Shown in pieces: positions 9,622 to 19,339 of a DNA stretch of 64,000 nucleotides. A model generated the notes under the pieces. It did not search any database. It was not told the origin of the DNA and saw nothing but the letters and a program-made list of their open reading frames with translations. The stretch comes from an uncultured Desulfosarcina sp. Its GTDB lineage: Bacteria > Desulfobacterota > Desulfobacteria > Desulfobacterales > Desulfosarcinaceae. The stretch is from NCBI GenBank assembly GCA_963674945.2, contig CAXXWQ010000004.1, positions 2,688,001-2,752,000 of the forward strand, given 5' to 3'. The translations under genes were made by a program, and so were the position numbers. The first letter of the stretch is position 1, and each line of letters begins with the position of its first letter.

Positions 9622-9745
9622 GGCTATATCGCTGTTTTTGGCCTTAAAAAGTGCAATATAAGTCTACTTCCTCGATCAATTTTTCGTATATTCGCTATAT
9701 ATTCTAACGGTTCGTGCGACCCGATTCCATTTATAGTACATCCAC

Positions 9746-12307
9746 TCAAGCGCCTTGTTCGAAATAAATATTTATTTTGTCTTTAAACTCTTCAGGTATA
9801 AATTTTTGGAAAAATGGAGATAGGTTAAGGGAAATTTTTCCGTGGTCTGAAAAATTGACAATATCATCCCGATAAGCTGTATTAAGTTTTACGACATCAC
9901 CAGGGCCTGTCTTTGATTTTGCAACGACCAATAGAATTTTCTTTTGTTTAAGAAAGTCAACAAAATCATGTGCAAATCTACGTTGTTCCGATTTAGTACC
10001 TTTAGCAAGTGAAACATCTTGATGAGTTCCAGCTATCCTTCTTACAATGGTTTTTGTAACCTCTCTTGCTGCCTCATACCATGCTTGACCTAATAGAGGA
10101 TTTAAGCTTGACTGATTATTAACACTTGATCCTTTTGTAAAAAGCCACTGTGAGGCATCATTTCCAGACAAAATTGCCGTAGTTTTTTTTTCATATTCAT
10201 CAAATACAAATATAGACACAATCTCTGATTCCTTGAAATCACATCCTTTAAGTATTGCTTCATCAAGAGTTACTTGTTCAAGAATACAATCGATGAATTT
10301 GGAATTACGTAAATCTGATTTTCTGAAGTCAGTACCAAAAGCAATGCAATCTTTGAAAATAGAATTACTGAGATTAAGTCCTGAGAAATCAATGTCGCCA
10401 ATATCGATTCCCTCAATTGATACAGGCTTTCCAAGTAATGTTAGGTTTGCAGGGTCTTTTCGAATCAATCCAAAAACTAATTTAAAGAATGATTCTTTGA
10501 GAGATGAAGAATGAATCTCACTAAATTTATCACGCAACAATTCAATCAATTCAGGCTTGAATTCGCATAATCCACTAAAAAAATCAGCAACTACATCTGT
10601 AACAATTACGTCATCAATATTTATATATGTACGGTCATTAAGAAGCACATCGGCAAACGATTCTGCAACAAGAAATTCTCTCAAACTATTGTGAGAGAAA
10701 CCAACATTTGAATCGACATCATCTTCATCAATAGGTGCATCAACCATTCCAGAAGTGTCTTTGAATTGACCTTCTGTAGTCAGCCCAGAGTGTCTTCTGC
10801 AAGTTCGGTAGTAGTTCTCGAGTAACTGCGAAGGAGTATCGCTTCTTCTTATTTCCCTACTAAATACTTTATTCACAAGGTTTTTTATTTCCTTTGGCGA
10901 TGCAAAAAATGCACCCTCTTTCCTCTGTAAATAAATTGCAAACTGTCTGAGCCAAATAAGACGCTGACCAGTGGATAATATGCCAATACCTTGATCTCTA
11001 TAAAGTAAATTATATAATACAATCTCAAAAATTTTCGACTCATTAAGGTTGTTAATGTCTTCCGGAAGAAGAGGGTAACCTTCTATAGTTTTTGTCTCTC
11101 TATTTTCGGAAAGTGTTGTTGCTACTGTTGTTAGCAACCTGGCAATAACCGCTTTTTGTGATATGTTTTCTAAATTCTGAAATTGTTCGAATAAATTTAT
11201 AAGTTTTTTGTAAGCCTCACTATGCGCCCCTAAAACAGTTGAAAAGAGATTCAACCTTTGCTCATTTGTTAAATCTTGAATACGTGAGAATTGTATTCTT
11301 TCAAGGCGTTGCTTGATAGTCACTGATAAAGAAGATAGGTTTAAATGTTTCTCCTCATCTAAAGGATGCCATTCTATGTTTCCGTCTTTTTCTACAACAA
11401 GTAATCTTTCTGCTCGACCTTCAAAATAATTTGGTCGAGATGTCATTATTGTCTTCGATTTTTTTGAAATTCCAGATAAAAGCTCATTCAAATTAGATCT
11501 AATGTCATTCCTATTGAGATGTTGCGCCATTTCATCAAACGAATCTAGCAGAAAAAGAATCTTTCCTTCCAGCATTAACCATTCAAAAGCTTTATAATAT
11601 ACACCGCCTAATCCATAGTTTTGAAAACATCGTAAAATTAAATTTTGGAAATCGAATGATTTTGTAAAACTTTGCAGTGGGATAAAGAATGGCAATAGGT
11701 TGTTACTAGGGTTTTCTTTGTATTTTTCAACTCTATAATAGAGATATCGTTTTAAAGTCCACGATTTACCGACCCCATAATCCCCTAATATTGTCAACCA
11801 ATGAGAATCATTTTCAATCCATTTATCTAAAAATTTAATTGATTTATCAATTGATTTTTTATTGCCCTCGAAATGCATTTTATTGGGCTGGTATTCTTTT
11901 AAAATTACATCTCTTGAACTGTCATTTTCAATAGCGTCAATGTACTTATGGAAATTAATCAGTCTGCTTCTTAGTTCATCAATTGAGAAAATATCAATTC
12001 CTGAGTCAATTGCTAAGCCATATGCTTCAGGTGAATAACCATTACGTGAAACATGGGTGAGCACTGCACGTTCTTTTAGGTGGTCTCTGGCTGCAGATAG
12101 TTTATTTATATCTGTTTGCAGCTTATCTACCCCAACAGGTTTTTCGTAGTCAGCACACTCTATCAAAACAGTTTTGGGTATAATATTTTGTAGTTCAACG
12201 GCATAAACATCAATTTCGCGGTGGTTAACTTTTACGCTAGTTTTTACTGAATACCCACTAATTGAGAAGAGTTCTGAAACTTCCCTTACCAGATCGGTTT
12301 TATCCAT
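9746..12307 (-). CDS. Restriction endonuclease (Mrr-like PD-(D/E)xK) - NACHT NTPase - pentapeptide repeat protein, candidate anti-phage STAND
   Basis: N-terminal EIDVYA...LIECAD; Walker A ILGDYGVGKS; Walker B ILFLLDSFDEM; IMTSRPNYF; GFSHNSLREFLVA; C-terminal DFSGLNLSNSIF..TDFRKSDLRNSKF repeats; strongly AT-rich. Confidence 0.88.
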   Translation of the reverse strand: MDKTDLVREVSELFSISGYSVKTSVKVNHREIDVYAVELQNIIPKTVLIECADYEKPVGVDKLQTDINKLSAARDHLKERAVLTHVSRNGYSPEAYGLAIDSGIDIFSIDELRSRLINFHKYIDAIENDSSRDVILKEYQPNKMHFEGNKKSIDKSIKFLDKWIENDSHWLTILGDYGVGKSWTLKRYLYYRVEKYKENPSNNLLPFFIPLQSFTKSFDFQNLILRCFQNYGLGGVYYKAFEWLMLEGKILFLLDSFDEMAQHLNRNDIRSNLNELLSGISKKSKTIMTSRPNYFEGRAERLLVVEKDGNIEWHPLDEEKHLNLSSLSVTIKQRLERIQFSRIQDLTNEQRLNLFSTVLGAHSEAYKKLINLFEQFQNLENISQKAVIARLLTTVATTLSENRETKTIEGYPLLPEDINNLNESKIFEIVLYNLLYRDQGIGILSTGQRLIWLRQFAIYLQRKEGAFFASPKEIKNLVNKVFSREIRRSDTPSQLLENYYRTCRRHSGLTTEGQFKDTSGMVDAPIDEDDVDSNVGFSHNSLREFLVAESFADVLLNDRTYINIDDVIVTDVVADFFSGLCEFKPELIELLRDKFSEIHSSSLKESFFKLVFGLIRKDPANLTLLGKPVSIEGIDIGDIDFSGLNLSNSIFKDCIAFGTDFRKSDLRNSKFIDCILEQVTLDEAILKGCDFKESEIVSIFVFDEYEKKTTAILSGNDASQWLFTKGSSVNNQSSLNPLLGQAWYEAAREVTKTIVRRIAGTHQDVSLAKGTKSEQRRFAHDFVDFLKQKKILLVVAKSKTGPGDVVKLNTAYRDDIVNFSDHGKISLNLSPFFQKFIPEEFKDKINIYFEQGA

Positions 12308-12318
12308 ATTCTTTACCT

Positions 12319-12380
12319 TTCGAACACGATGTTCCAGTGGCGGCATTCTCCTCACCGTTCCACGGACAAACACGTTATAT
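12319..12380 (-). other. Integron attC-like site
   Basis: Minus strand ATATAAC-GTGTTTGTCCGTGG-(loop)-CCACTGGAACATCGT-GTTCGAA, a 62-bp imperfect palindrome bounded by AAC/GTT and ending just before the NACHT RBS/ATG. Confidence 0.6.
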
Positions 12381-12394
12381 AAGGTTTTAATGAA

Positions 12395-12796
12395 TTAGAG
12401 CCATGGGTAGCACTTATCTCTATATTTTACCCATTCGGCAATTTCATGCTTTTTTTTCAGGTTACTGATTATATTATATCTTTGAAATTGTAACAAAAAA
12501 TCTAATTTCTTACACACTTCAAATCATCACATTCCCAACAACCGCTAAGGTTCATTTCTTTAAAACACTTTAATATTTTTGTAAGTGCAGCCATAATCAT
12601 CACCACCTACTCCACGAGGTGTGGCACAGTTAATTCCTGCAATTGCCTTTAAGGAGGCGATCAATAAATTGAAATTTTCGAATTCATTCAGCAATTCGTT
12701 AGCTAAATCCGAGTCTCTACACTTGTATCGAATGCAATCCCCACAAGAATGGCCACAATATCCTGTAAGTTCTTTTTCTATCATCGATTTTTCCAT
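12395..12796 (-). pseudogene. DUF3795-like Cys-rich protein, frameshifted
   Basis: GYCGHSCGDC...C...GC in the first frame, continuing in other frames as GCWEC...CKKLDFL...WVKYRDKCYPWL*. Confidence 0.6.
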
Positions 12797-12802
12797 ACAA
12801 CA

Positions 12803-13150
12803 TAGTATAGACGATCCTAAATATCACCTTACAAGACGACCATTTTGCAAACGCAAATCGAATCAGACAACCCTTTGTCCGTTTACTAATTTCCATATAA
12901 TAAAATCAGGAACATACGCACACCCCAATATTTTAATAGAACCTTATGGTTCTCTTCGGAGCTATTAAAAATTCGAACCGCCGATGGATCAACTGGCTTT
13001 GGATTGCTTACCAAATGTATCGGCTTATGCCTTCAATGGCATAAGGAAAAAATAAAAACATAATTCGTGCTATTGATACGTGGTAAGAACTAATAGCGTA
13101 GTCAGGCTGGATTTGGCAATAAAAATCGATTGTTTTCCGTATTTTTGGCG
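12803..13150 (-). repeat. Non-coding promoter/leader module, copy A
   Basis: Homologous to 17960-18290 and 19340-19520 (e.g. TTTGGATTGCTTAC..TATCGGCTTATGCCTTC; ATAATTCGTGCT; GGATTTGGCAAT). Minus-strand TTGCCA-N18-TATTAG. Confidence 0.75.
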
Positions 13151-13296
13151 GCAACTTACCAACGTCAAGATGCACAAGGGCCGTTCTTTCCAGGCTAAAG
13201 TCGCAGACCGGTAGCGCCGATACTCATCTGGAGAATATACTGTTCGATGTCCATCCGAATAAAATACAAATGAAGCGAAATGCAGGAGGTTCGTTG

Positions 13297-16200
13297 ATGA
13301 AAAGACTCTTGGTGTGTGTGCAATTTATCTGCCTGGTTTTCTCCTTATTCAACTGTGCTACGGTAAACAACACCTCTGATCGTACCGGTGCGAACACGGA
13401 TATGAAAGCTTCACGCGCCTACGGCAGTATAGCGACCCAGACCGAAGCGCCGACGCCTCCCAAGCGTGATGTCGAGTTTGTCGTTCAGGTGATGGAATCA
13501 TCCTCTCCCATATGCTTTAGCCCCGATGGCCGATTTCTCGTGACCATCAGCATTGACAAAAAGAGCCTGCAGCTTTGGCAGGTTTCCACCGGCCGGCTGG
13601 TGCGGACATTTGCACCGGACCGGACATTCATCGAAAAAGTCGTTTACGACCCTACCGGGAAATATCTTCTGGTGGTCAACCTGAGCCACGATATTCGGCT
13701 TGTGGAGGTAACATCCGGCAAAACCATTGGATTTCTCGATGCCGAACGCTCGGGGGCAAGGGTTGTTTACGCCGGTTTTACCGGCGACGGCCGCCATGTG
13801 CTAATCAAACGGGATCCCGAAGCCCAGGGTGTCGTCGTGTCGGAAAGGAGCATGTTCAGGCCCGAGCAAAACTCGCCCCGTCTTTTTGACGTTCAAGATG
13901 GCACCGAGGTAAAAAATTACATGATTGCCGACATGACGGAAAAAGAGCGCTGCGTTCTCACCTCGGACGGCCGCCGTTTTCTTGCCGAGGTGGGGCACAG
14001 TCAATTCAAACGGACCTTTCGTCTGGAGTGGTTCGATGTAGAAACCGGTCACAGTGCAGGACGGGTGCCGCTTGAAAAGGGTTACCGCTTCGACGGCCTC
14101 ACCTTCGCGGTAAGTCCCGATGCACGTTATCTGGTAACCAATCGTTCGGACTTCACCGAAAATAAAATCGTTTACCAGCTGCAAATCGTCGACCTCGAGA
14201 CCGGAAGCATACGCCTGCAAAAGATATCCGGCTTCCTGAATTTCGTACAATTCAGCCCGGACGGCCGTTATCTGTTCTATAAATCCATTGGAGATGAAAT
14301 CCATATGATGGAAATCGCCAGTGGTGACGAGATACGAACATTCGAAAAAACAAACTATACTGAATGCTTCGCCGTATCCCCCGGGGGCAATTTGATCGCC
14401 TACACCACAACCGATGACTTTTTCTCCTTTTTCCTTGAAGATTTCGCCGATACCAGAACAATCCGTACCATCGGCGGCCTGCATCCCATCTTAAGTGAAG
14501 CCGACCTGTATTTCGTTCCCGGCGAAAAGGCCATTTTATCTCAGTCCATTGGTCATCCGTTGAACCTTACCACCGGTGAAGCCGAATCAATGGAGGAAAG
14601 CAAAATGAGCCCATTTCGCTTTAGCGGCGACGGCCGCCGCGCAATCATGATGGAATGGGACGATGAGAAATATCAAACGCTGGGGGAGAACAACACACCG
14701 GAAATGGCGCTGCACGAATGGCCGAGCAGGAAACGAATCAAGACCCTGCCATCAAAAAAGGGATTCTTGAGGGATCTGAGCCACGACGGCCGTGTGGCCT
14801 TGTGGGGCGAAGTGACCAGCATGGAGACGAAGGTATGGCATCTCGAAGAATCCGACGAGCTGGTCAAACTGCAGGATTACCCTGTGAGTCACGCCTGGCG
14901 ACAGACTTCCAATACGGCCATCAGCCCCGATGGCACAAAGGTGGCGGCAGCCTTTGCCGAAGGCATTGGTGATAAGGGCTGCGTCTATGTATGGGATTCG
15001 CAAAACGGCGCAAAGATTCAAACATTTAATTACCGGAAAGGAATTTTGTCTTTCGACAGTTACAACATCAGCCGTGTCGCCTTCAGCCCGGACAACCGGA
15101 CGCTGGTCGTGGGCCTTACCTTTCAAACCAATAAGTATGAAGGTAAATCGGGAACCTGGCTGTTTGGTTACAATTACTGGCGAACTTTGGAAAAACACGC
15201 TATCGACGTTTATACGATCGACAATGGTTACAAAAAGCGCACTATCGATGGAATCGGGGCACCCGTGACCGATTTTGCCTTCAGCCCGGATGGGGACTAT
15301 CTTTTCAGTGGGGCCACCGATGGGGTGATTACCCGCTGGGAATTGAAATCGGGCCGGCGGACCGGCAGCTATTTCACGCCATCGAGCGTCAAAGGGCTCG
15401 CCATCAGTCCGGACGGGCGCCACATGCTGGTACAGGGGTTTGCGACGTCCTATTGGGAAGTCGAATCCGGCAAACATCTATTCAGTCATGTGCAAAAAAG
15501 TGACCCCCAAAATCCCCAACGATTTCTTTACCTGACATGGACGCCGGACGGCTATTATCGTGGCAGCGATTCCCTGGCCCGGGAGTATTGCCACCTGGTG
15601 CACGGGATGAAAACCTACGCCCTTGACCAGTTTTTCGAGCAGTTTTACAACCCGGCCATGATCGAGGCCAGGGTAAAAGGCTTTGAAATGGAGACCCTCG
15701 ATGTCACGAGGGTGTTACTCGACTCGCCGCCGCCCGTCGTCTCCTTCTCCAAACCAGTGATCGACAATACAGGCATTGCCACTTTCAGCGTAAATGCCCG
15801 CAGCACCGGTGGGGGGGTAAGCCAAATCAGACTCTTTCACAACGGCAAACGCATTGGTGACGGAAGCCTTGAACCGGTCAAACAGTTTCAGCTTTCGGAA
15901 AACGGCCAGGGTATCCGCGATCGGGGCATTTTTATCTCCACAGCCGCCACGGCACCCCGACCAGACCTGCCGGATGCAACCGCCCCCGTAAGCGACGACA
16001 TGCGCAGGACCTTTGAGATCCAACTGCTGCCCGGAGAAAACCAGTTGCGGGCCAGTGCTTTTTCGGCGCAGATGATCGAATGCGAACCGGCAACAATAAC
16101 CCTGTTTCACAAGGGCAGCAGCAATTTGCCCCACCTGTATCTAATCTCTGTGGGCATCCATCAATACCAGCCCCCCATATCCCAACTGCCAATGGCCCGA

Positions 16201-16908
16201 AGGGACGCCGAAGGGTTTGTCCAGAAATTGACCCAAACGGCGCCGACGCTTTTCAGGAACTACAAGGTTGTTACGCTGTATGACACCAGCGCCACCCGTT
16301 CCGGAATCCTGAAAGCCATGACGGCGGTGGCGCAAAAGGCCAAGCCCGAAGATATGGTGGTCTTTTTCTTTGCCGGACACGGCACGGTTCTATCGGAAGA
16401 TGGCCGATTTTATCTGGTGGCCCAGGGTGTGCGCGACCTGGACCATGCGGACGGCGAAACGTCCATTTGCCAGGCAGGCGTGTCGGATTTGATGCTGGGA
16501 TCGGCGCTTCAGAAGATACCGGCCCTGAAACAGGTGGTATTCATGGACGCCTGCCAGTCGGGCGGCGCAGACTTCACGGACTCATTCCGCAATTCCGGCA
16601 GGGAGGTGGCCATCAAACGGATCGGGCGTAATGCGGGCACCTGGATTTTCTCAGCTGCCGGCAAGACCGAAAGCGCCTATGAAAACAGTGGATTGGGTCA
16701 TGGTCTTTTCACCTTCGCCCTCTTAGCCGGTCTGGATGGGAAAGCCGATGTAGTCCACAGCGACGGTACGATAACCCTATCCGAACTGGAATCCTTTATC
16801 GTGCAGGAAGTGTCCAGTCAGGCCAAAAAGATCGGCATCCAACAAAAACCGACTATCCAGCGTGGACTGAACGATTTTGCTTTTTCGGGAGGACATCACC
16901 AGAAGTGA
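13297..16908 (+). CDS. Lipoprotein with WD40-like beta-propellers and a C-terminal caspase (peptidase C14) domain
   Basis: Lipobox LFNC; many FSPDG repeats; TPDGYY motif; catalytic FFAGHG and MDACQSG; GHGLFTFALL; GGAGG RBS. Confidence 0.88.
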   Translation: MKRLLVCVQFICLVFSLFNCATVNNTSDRTGANTDMKASRAYGSIATQTEAPTPPKRDVEFVVQVMESSSPICFSPDGRFLVTISIDKKSLQLWQVSTGRLVRTFAPDRTFIEKVVYDPTGKYLLVVNLSHDIRLVEVTSGKTIGFLDAERSGARVVYAGFTGDGRHVLIKRDPEAQGVVVSERSMFRPEQNSPRLFDVQDGTEVKNYMIADMTEKERCVLTSDGRRFLAEVGHSQFKRTFRLEWFDVETGHSAGRVPLEKGYRFDGLTFAVSPDARYLVTNRSDFTENKIVYQLQIVDLETGSIRLQKISGFLNFVQFSPDGRYLFYKSIGDEIHMMEIASGDEIRTFEKTNYTECFAVSPGGNLIAYTTTDDFFSFFLEDFADTRTIRTIGGLHPILSEADLYFVPGEKAILSQSIGHPLNLTTGEAESMEESKMSPFRFSGDGRRAIMMEWDDEKYQTLGENNTPEMALHEWPSRKRIKTLPSKKGFLRDLSHDGRVALWGEVTSMETKVWHLEESDELVKLQDYPVSHAWRQTSNTAISPDGTKVAAAFAEGIGDKGCVYVWDSQNGAKIQTFNYRKGILSFDSYNISRVAFSPDNRTLVVGLTFQTNKYEGKSGTWLFGYNYWRTLEKHAIDVYTIDNGYKKRTIDGIGAPVTDFAFSPDGDYLFSGATDGVITRWELKSGRRTGSYFTPSSVKGLAISPDGRHMLVQGFATSYWEVESGKHLFSHVQKSDPQNPQRFLYLTWTPDGYYRGSDSLAREYCHLVHGMKTYALDQFFEQFYNPAMIEARVKGFEMETLDVTRVLLDSPPPVVSFSKPVIDNTGIATFSVNARSTGGGVSQIRLFHNGKRIGDGSLEPVKQFQLSENGQGIRDRGIFISTAATAPRPDLPDATAPVSDDMRRTFEIQLLPGENQLRASAFSAQMIECEPATITLFHKGSSNLPHLYLISVGIHQYQPPISQLPMARRDAEGFVQKLTQTAPTLFRNYKVVTLYDTSATRSGILKAMTAVAQKAKPEDMVVFFFAGHGTVLSEDGRFYLVAQGVRDLDHADGETSICQAGVSDLMLGSALQKIPALKQVVFMDACQSGGADFTDSFRNSGREVAIKRIGRNAGTWIFSAAGKTESAYENSGLGHGLFTFALLAGLDGKADVVHSDGTITLSELESFIVQEVSSQAKKIGIQQKPTIQRGLNDFAFSGGHHQK

Positions 16909-16957
16909 ACAACACATAGGAAGCTTTCCGGAACGAGTGTGGTCAGACAACGAAATG

Positions 16958-17023
16958 GAATCGATGTACGATCACATCATCCATGGACATCCACGATGTC
17001 TTTGTCCTCGCTGAAGAGAGTAA
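16958..17023. repeat. Direct duplication (about 65 bp) of the 3' end of the Lrp/AsnC gene
   Basis: GAATCGATG(T/C)ACGATCACAT..CATCCATGGACATCCACGATGTCTTTGTCCTCGCTGAAGAGAGTAA also occurs at 18338-18406. Confidence 0.9.
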
Positions 17024-17094
17024 CGGAGATTTAAAAATCACGACGAACGCAATCAGGGGCAATCGGGATTTTCAGCAACTTCATCGATATTGTT

Positions 17095-17913
17095 TTATGG
17101 TAGCGAAATATAGAATTTTTTACCCCACTGATCTCTATAGATACTGTTACACCAATGTAAAAAGTCAACTTTATCTTTATTGGTTTGAGTGTAATCATTC
17201 TTTTTAATCGTCAAGTCAAACTTATTTTGATTAACAATTAATAAGCTAGAACCATTTATGAATGCATCCCACAACATTACTGCTTCAAAGAAATCATCTT
17301 TTAAAAGATTATTGGTAGAATTCCAGCCTTCTACTTGCTTTTTTCCATCGTTGAATATTGGCGTTATTTTCTCTAAATTCGAAAATAGTAACGTTTGCAC
17401 GTCTACCCGTTGATTGGTTGCGTCCAAGTATATGAGGTTATAGTCTGGATCATGTGCTTCCCATTTTTTAGTATCTTCATTATAAACATTTAAGAATGTA
17501 TGACTTTGAAATGTATCTTTATTGTCTGTGTATATTTGCACCATATATGATTTAATCCCTATTAATCGTAATATTCGCATCATGCTTCTAGATCTTGGTC
17601 CACATGTCATTCGAGGTCTATCTTTAGACTTGTTTTTGTGGACTAGTATCATATTTTTTATCATTAAGTCAGTGTTCCATTTCTGCTGATCAAATGGCTC
17701 TTTATGTTCGGAATTATTGTAAACAAACTGCCTGACCTGATCAATCATAGCAGTCACAGTGATGTCCTGATTTTTAAATTTCTTTATCAAAAAAGATTGC
17801 TCTGATTCTGTCAACTGACTCATCTTGGCATTGCAAGGTAGGCATACCGATACACCAGTAATTAAAACCAATGTAAATAAAAAGACTTTTTTTTCAATTC
17901 TAAACATAAGCAT
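17095..17913 (-). CDS. Secreted transglutaminase-like (papain-fold Cys-His-Asp) protein
   Basis: Signal peptide; MTCGPRS...SHTFLNVY...WEAHDPDYN triad pattern; AT-rich. Confidence 0.7.
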   Translation of the reverse strand: MLMFRIEKKVFLFTLVLITGVSVCLPCNAKMSQLTESEQSFLIKKFKNQDITVTAMIDQVRQFVYNNSEHKEPFDQQKWNTDLMIKNMILVHKNKSKDRPRMTCGPRSRSMMRILRLIGIKSYMVQIYTDNKDTFQSHTFLNVYNEDTKKWEAHDPDYNLIYLDATNQRVDVQTLLFSNLEKITPIFNDGKKQVEGWNSTNNLLKDDFFEAVMLWDAFINGSSLLIVNQNKFDLTIKKNDYTQTNKDKVDFLHWCNSIYRDQWGKKFYISLP

Positions 17914-17959
17914 AACTCTTATTTTTCAATTAAGTTTAATCGTTTTTTTTCAGTCCTAC

Positions 17960-18290
17960 TAGTTTAGACGCCCCAATTGTCACCTTATAATACGACCATT
18001 TGCAGACGAAATCGGATTGGACAATCAATTCGCCATCTAATCCCTTTATTGTGGGGAATTGGGCGACTTTTTAACCGTCTAATAATTTCCACATTATTAA
18101 CGATTTTGAAGATCAGGCAGCAACATACACACTCAATGTCCAAAAAAACTCTAATCCTCAATTCGATGCTATTTAAAAACTCGAATCACCAATGGACCAA
18201 TGAGATTTGGATTGCTTACAAAGCATATCGGCTTATGCCTTCTGCGACATAAGAAAAAAAGAATTCGTTCTATTGATAATTGGGCCAGAC
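17960..18290 (-). repeat. Non-coding leader module, copy B
   Basis: Matches copy A over about 300 bp, e.g. TAGTTTAGACG..TCACCTTATAATACGACCATTTGCAGACG vs TAGTATAGACG..TCACCTTACAAGACGACCATTTTGCAAACG. Confidence 0.75.
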
Positions 18291-18358
18291 ATTTCGACTA
18301 ATCGATGGATTCGCTAGCAAAACGCCTTCACCCAGTTGAATCGATGCACGATCACATA

Positions 18359-19330
18359 TCATCCATGGACATCCACGATGTCTTTGTCCTCGCTGAAGAG
18401 AGTAAATGACCTCTTGTGCGTTTTGAGGGCAACCAGATTTTCGTAGTGTATTACTCCGGGCATGTTGCCCAAATCCTTGGCCAGGAAATCGGACATCTGG
18501 GGTGGATTCTGAAAGTTTGTCCATATCATGCAGTCGAATGCGCCAAAGGTAAGGGCGACCAATTTCACTGGTGGCTGCATTTTCAACTCTTCGGTCAGCG
18601 TATTCAGGCTGGATGGGTTGGCGTGGATCAGCGTTATTCCGTTGGCTGCGTACCCAAAGGCGGTCGGATCGGGAATACAGAGAATTCGAACGATATCCTG
18701 CTCAAAAATTTTGTACAAACTGAAGCGCACAGATGAAAAACTCGCACCGATGCTCCTGGCAATTTCCTTTGCAGATGCTCTCGGGAATTCTTCCAGCCTC
18801 CTGATTACGGACAGGTCCAACGCTGTGGGAGTGAAGTTTGAATAAGAGGAAAAATTACCGAGATTCGTATGGGTCAAAAGAGCCCAGCTTCTCTTGATTG
18901 TCTTCGTCGACAACATGACCTCCACCCTGCCGCTCCCCAGAACACATCCGATCTCACCGGGAAATGAACGCATATACTCCTCGGGACTATGGTATAAGGC
19001 TAACGCCAAAAGGTCATAACGTCCCGCAGTAATACAAATGTATTTGATTCTATTGATGGAAGCCAGTTGCCTTGCCAATGCGTTCATCGTCCCTGGGGCG
19101 GCATTGATTCCCAAAACAACAAGGGACCTGAATCCCAATGCGACATAATTCAACATTGTGCCGATCATGACGACGCCTGAATCGACAAGTTTGTCAATCC
19201 TTCTGCGCACCGTGGGCGGCGATGTGCCTATCTTTGATGCAAGCGCCGCATAACTGACCCGGGCATTCTGTTCCAACTCTTGTACGAGCTTACTATCCAA
19301 TTCATCCAAGTTGTGAATATTTTTTTCCAT
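18359..19330 (-). CDS. Lrp/AsnC family transcriptional regulator with tandem duplicated domains
   Basis: LDELDSKLVQELEQNARVSYAALA...VRRRIDKL and a second LDLSVIRRLEEFPRASAKEIA HTH; AGRYDL and FGAFDC RAM motifs. Confidence 0.88.
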   Translation of the reverse strand: MEKNIHNLDELDSKLVQELEQNARVSYAALASKIGTSPPTVRRRIDKLVDSGVVMIGTMLNYVALGFRSLVVLGINAAPGTMNALARQLASINRIKYICITAGRYDLLALALYHSPEEYMRSFPGEIGCVLGSGRVEVMLSTKTIKRSWALLTHTNLGNFSSYSNFTPTALDLSVIRRLEEFPRASAKEIARSIGASFSSVRFSLYKIFEQDIVRILCIPDPTAFGYAANGITLIHANPSSLNTLTEELKMQPPVKLVALTFGAFDCMIWTNFQNPPQMSDFLAKDLGNMPGVIHYENLVALKTHKRSFTLFSEDKDIVDVHG

Positions 19331-19339
19331 GAACTCAAT

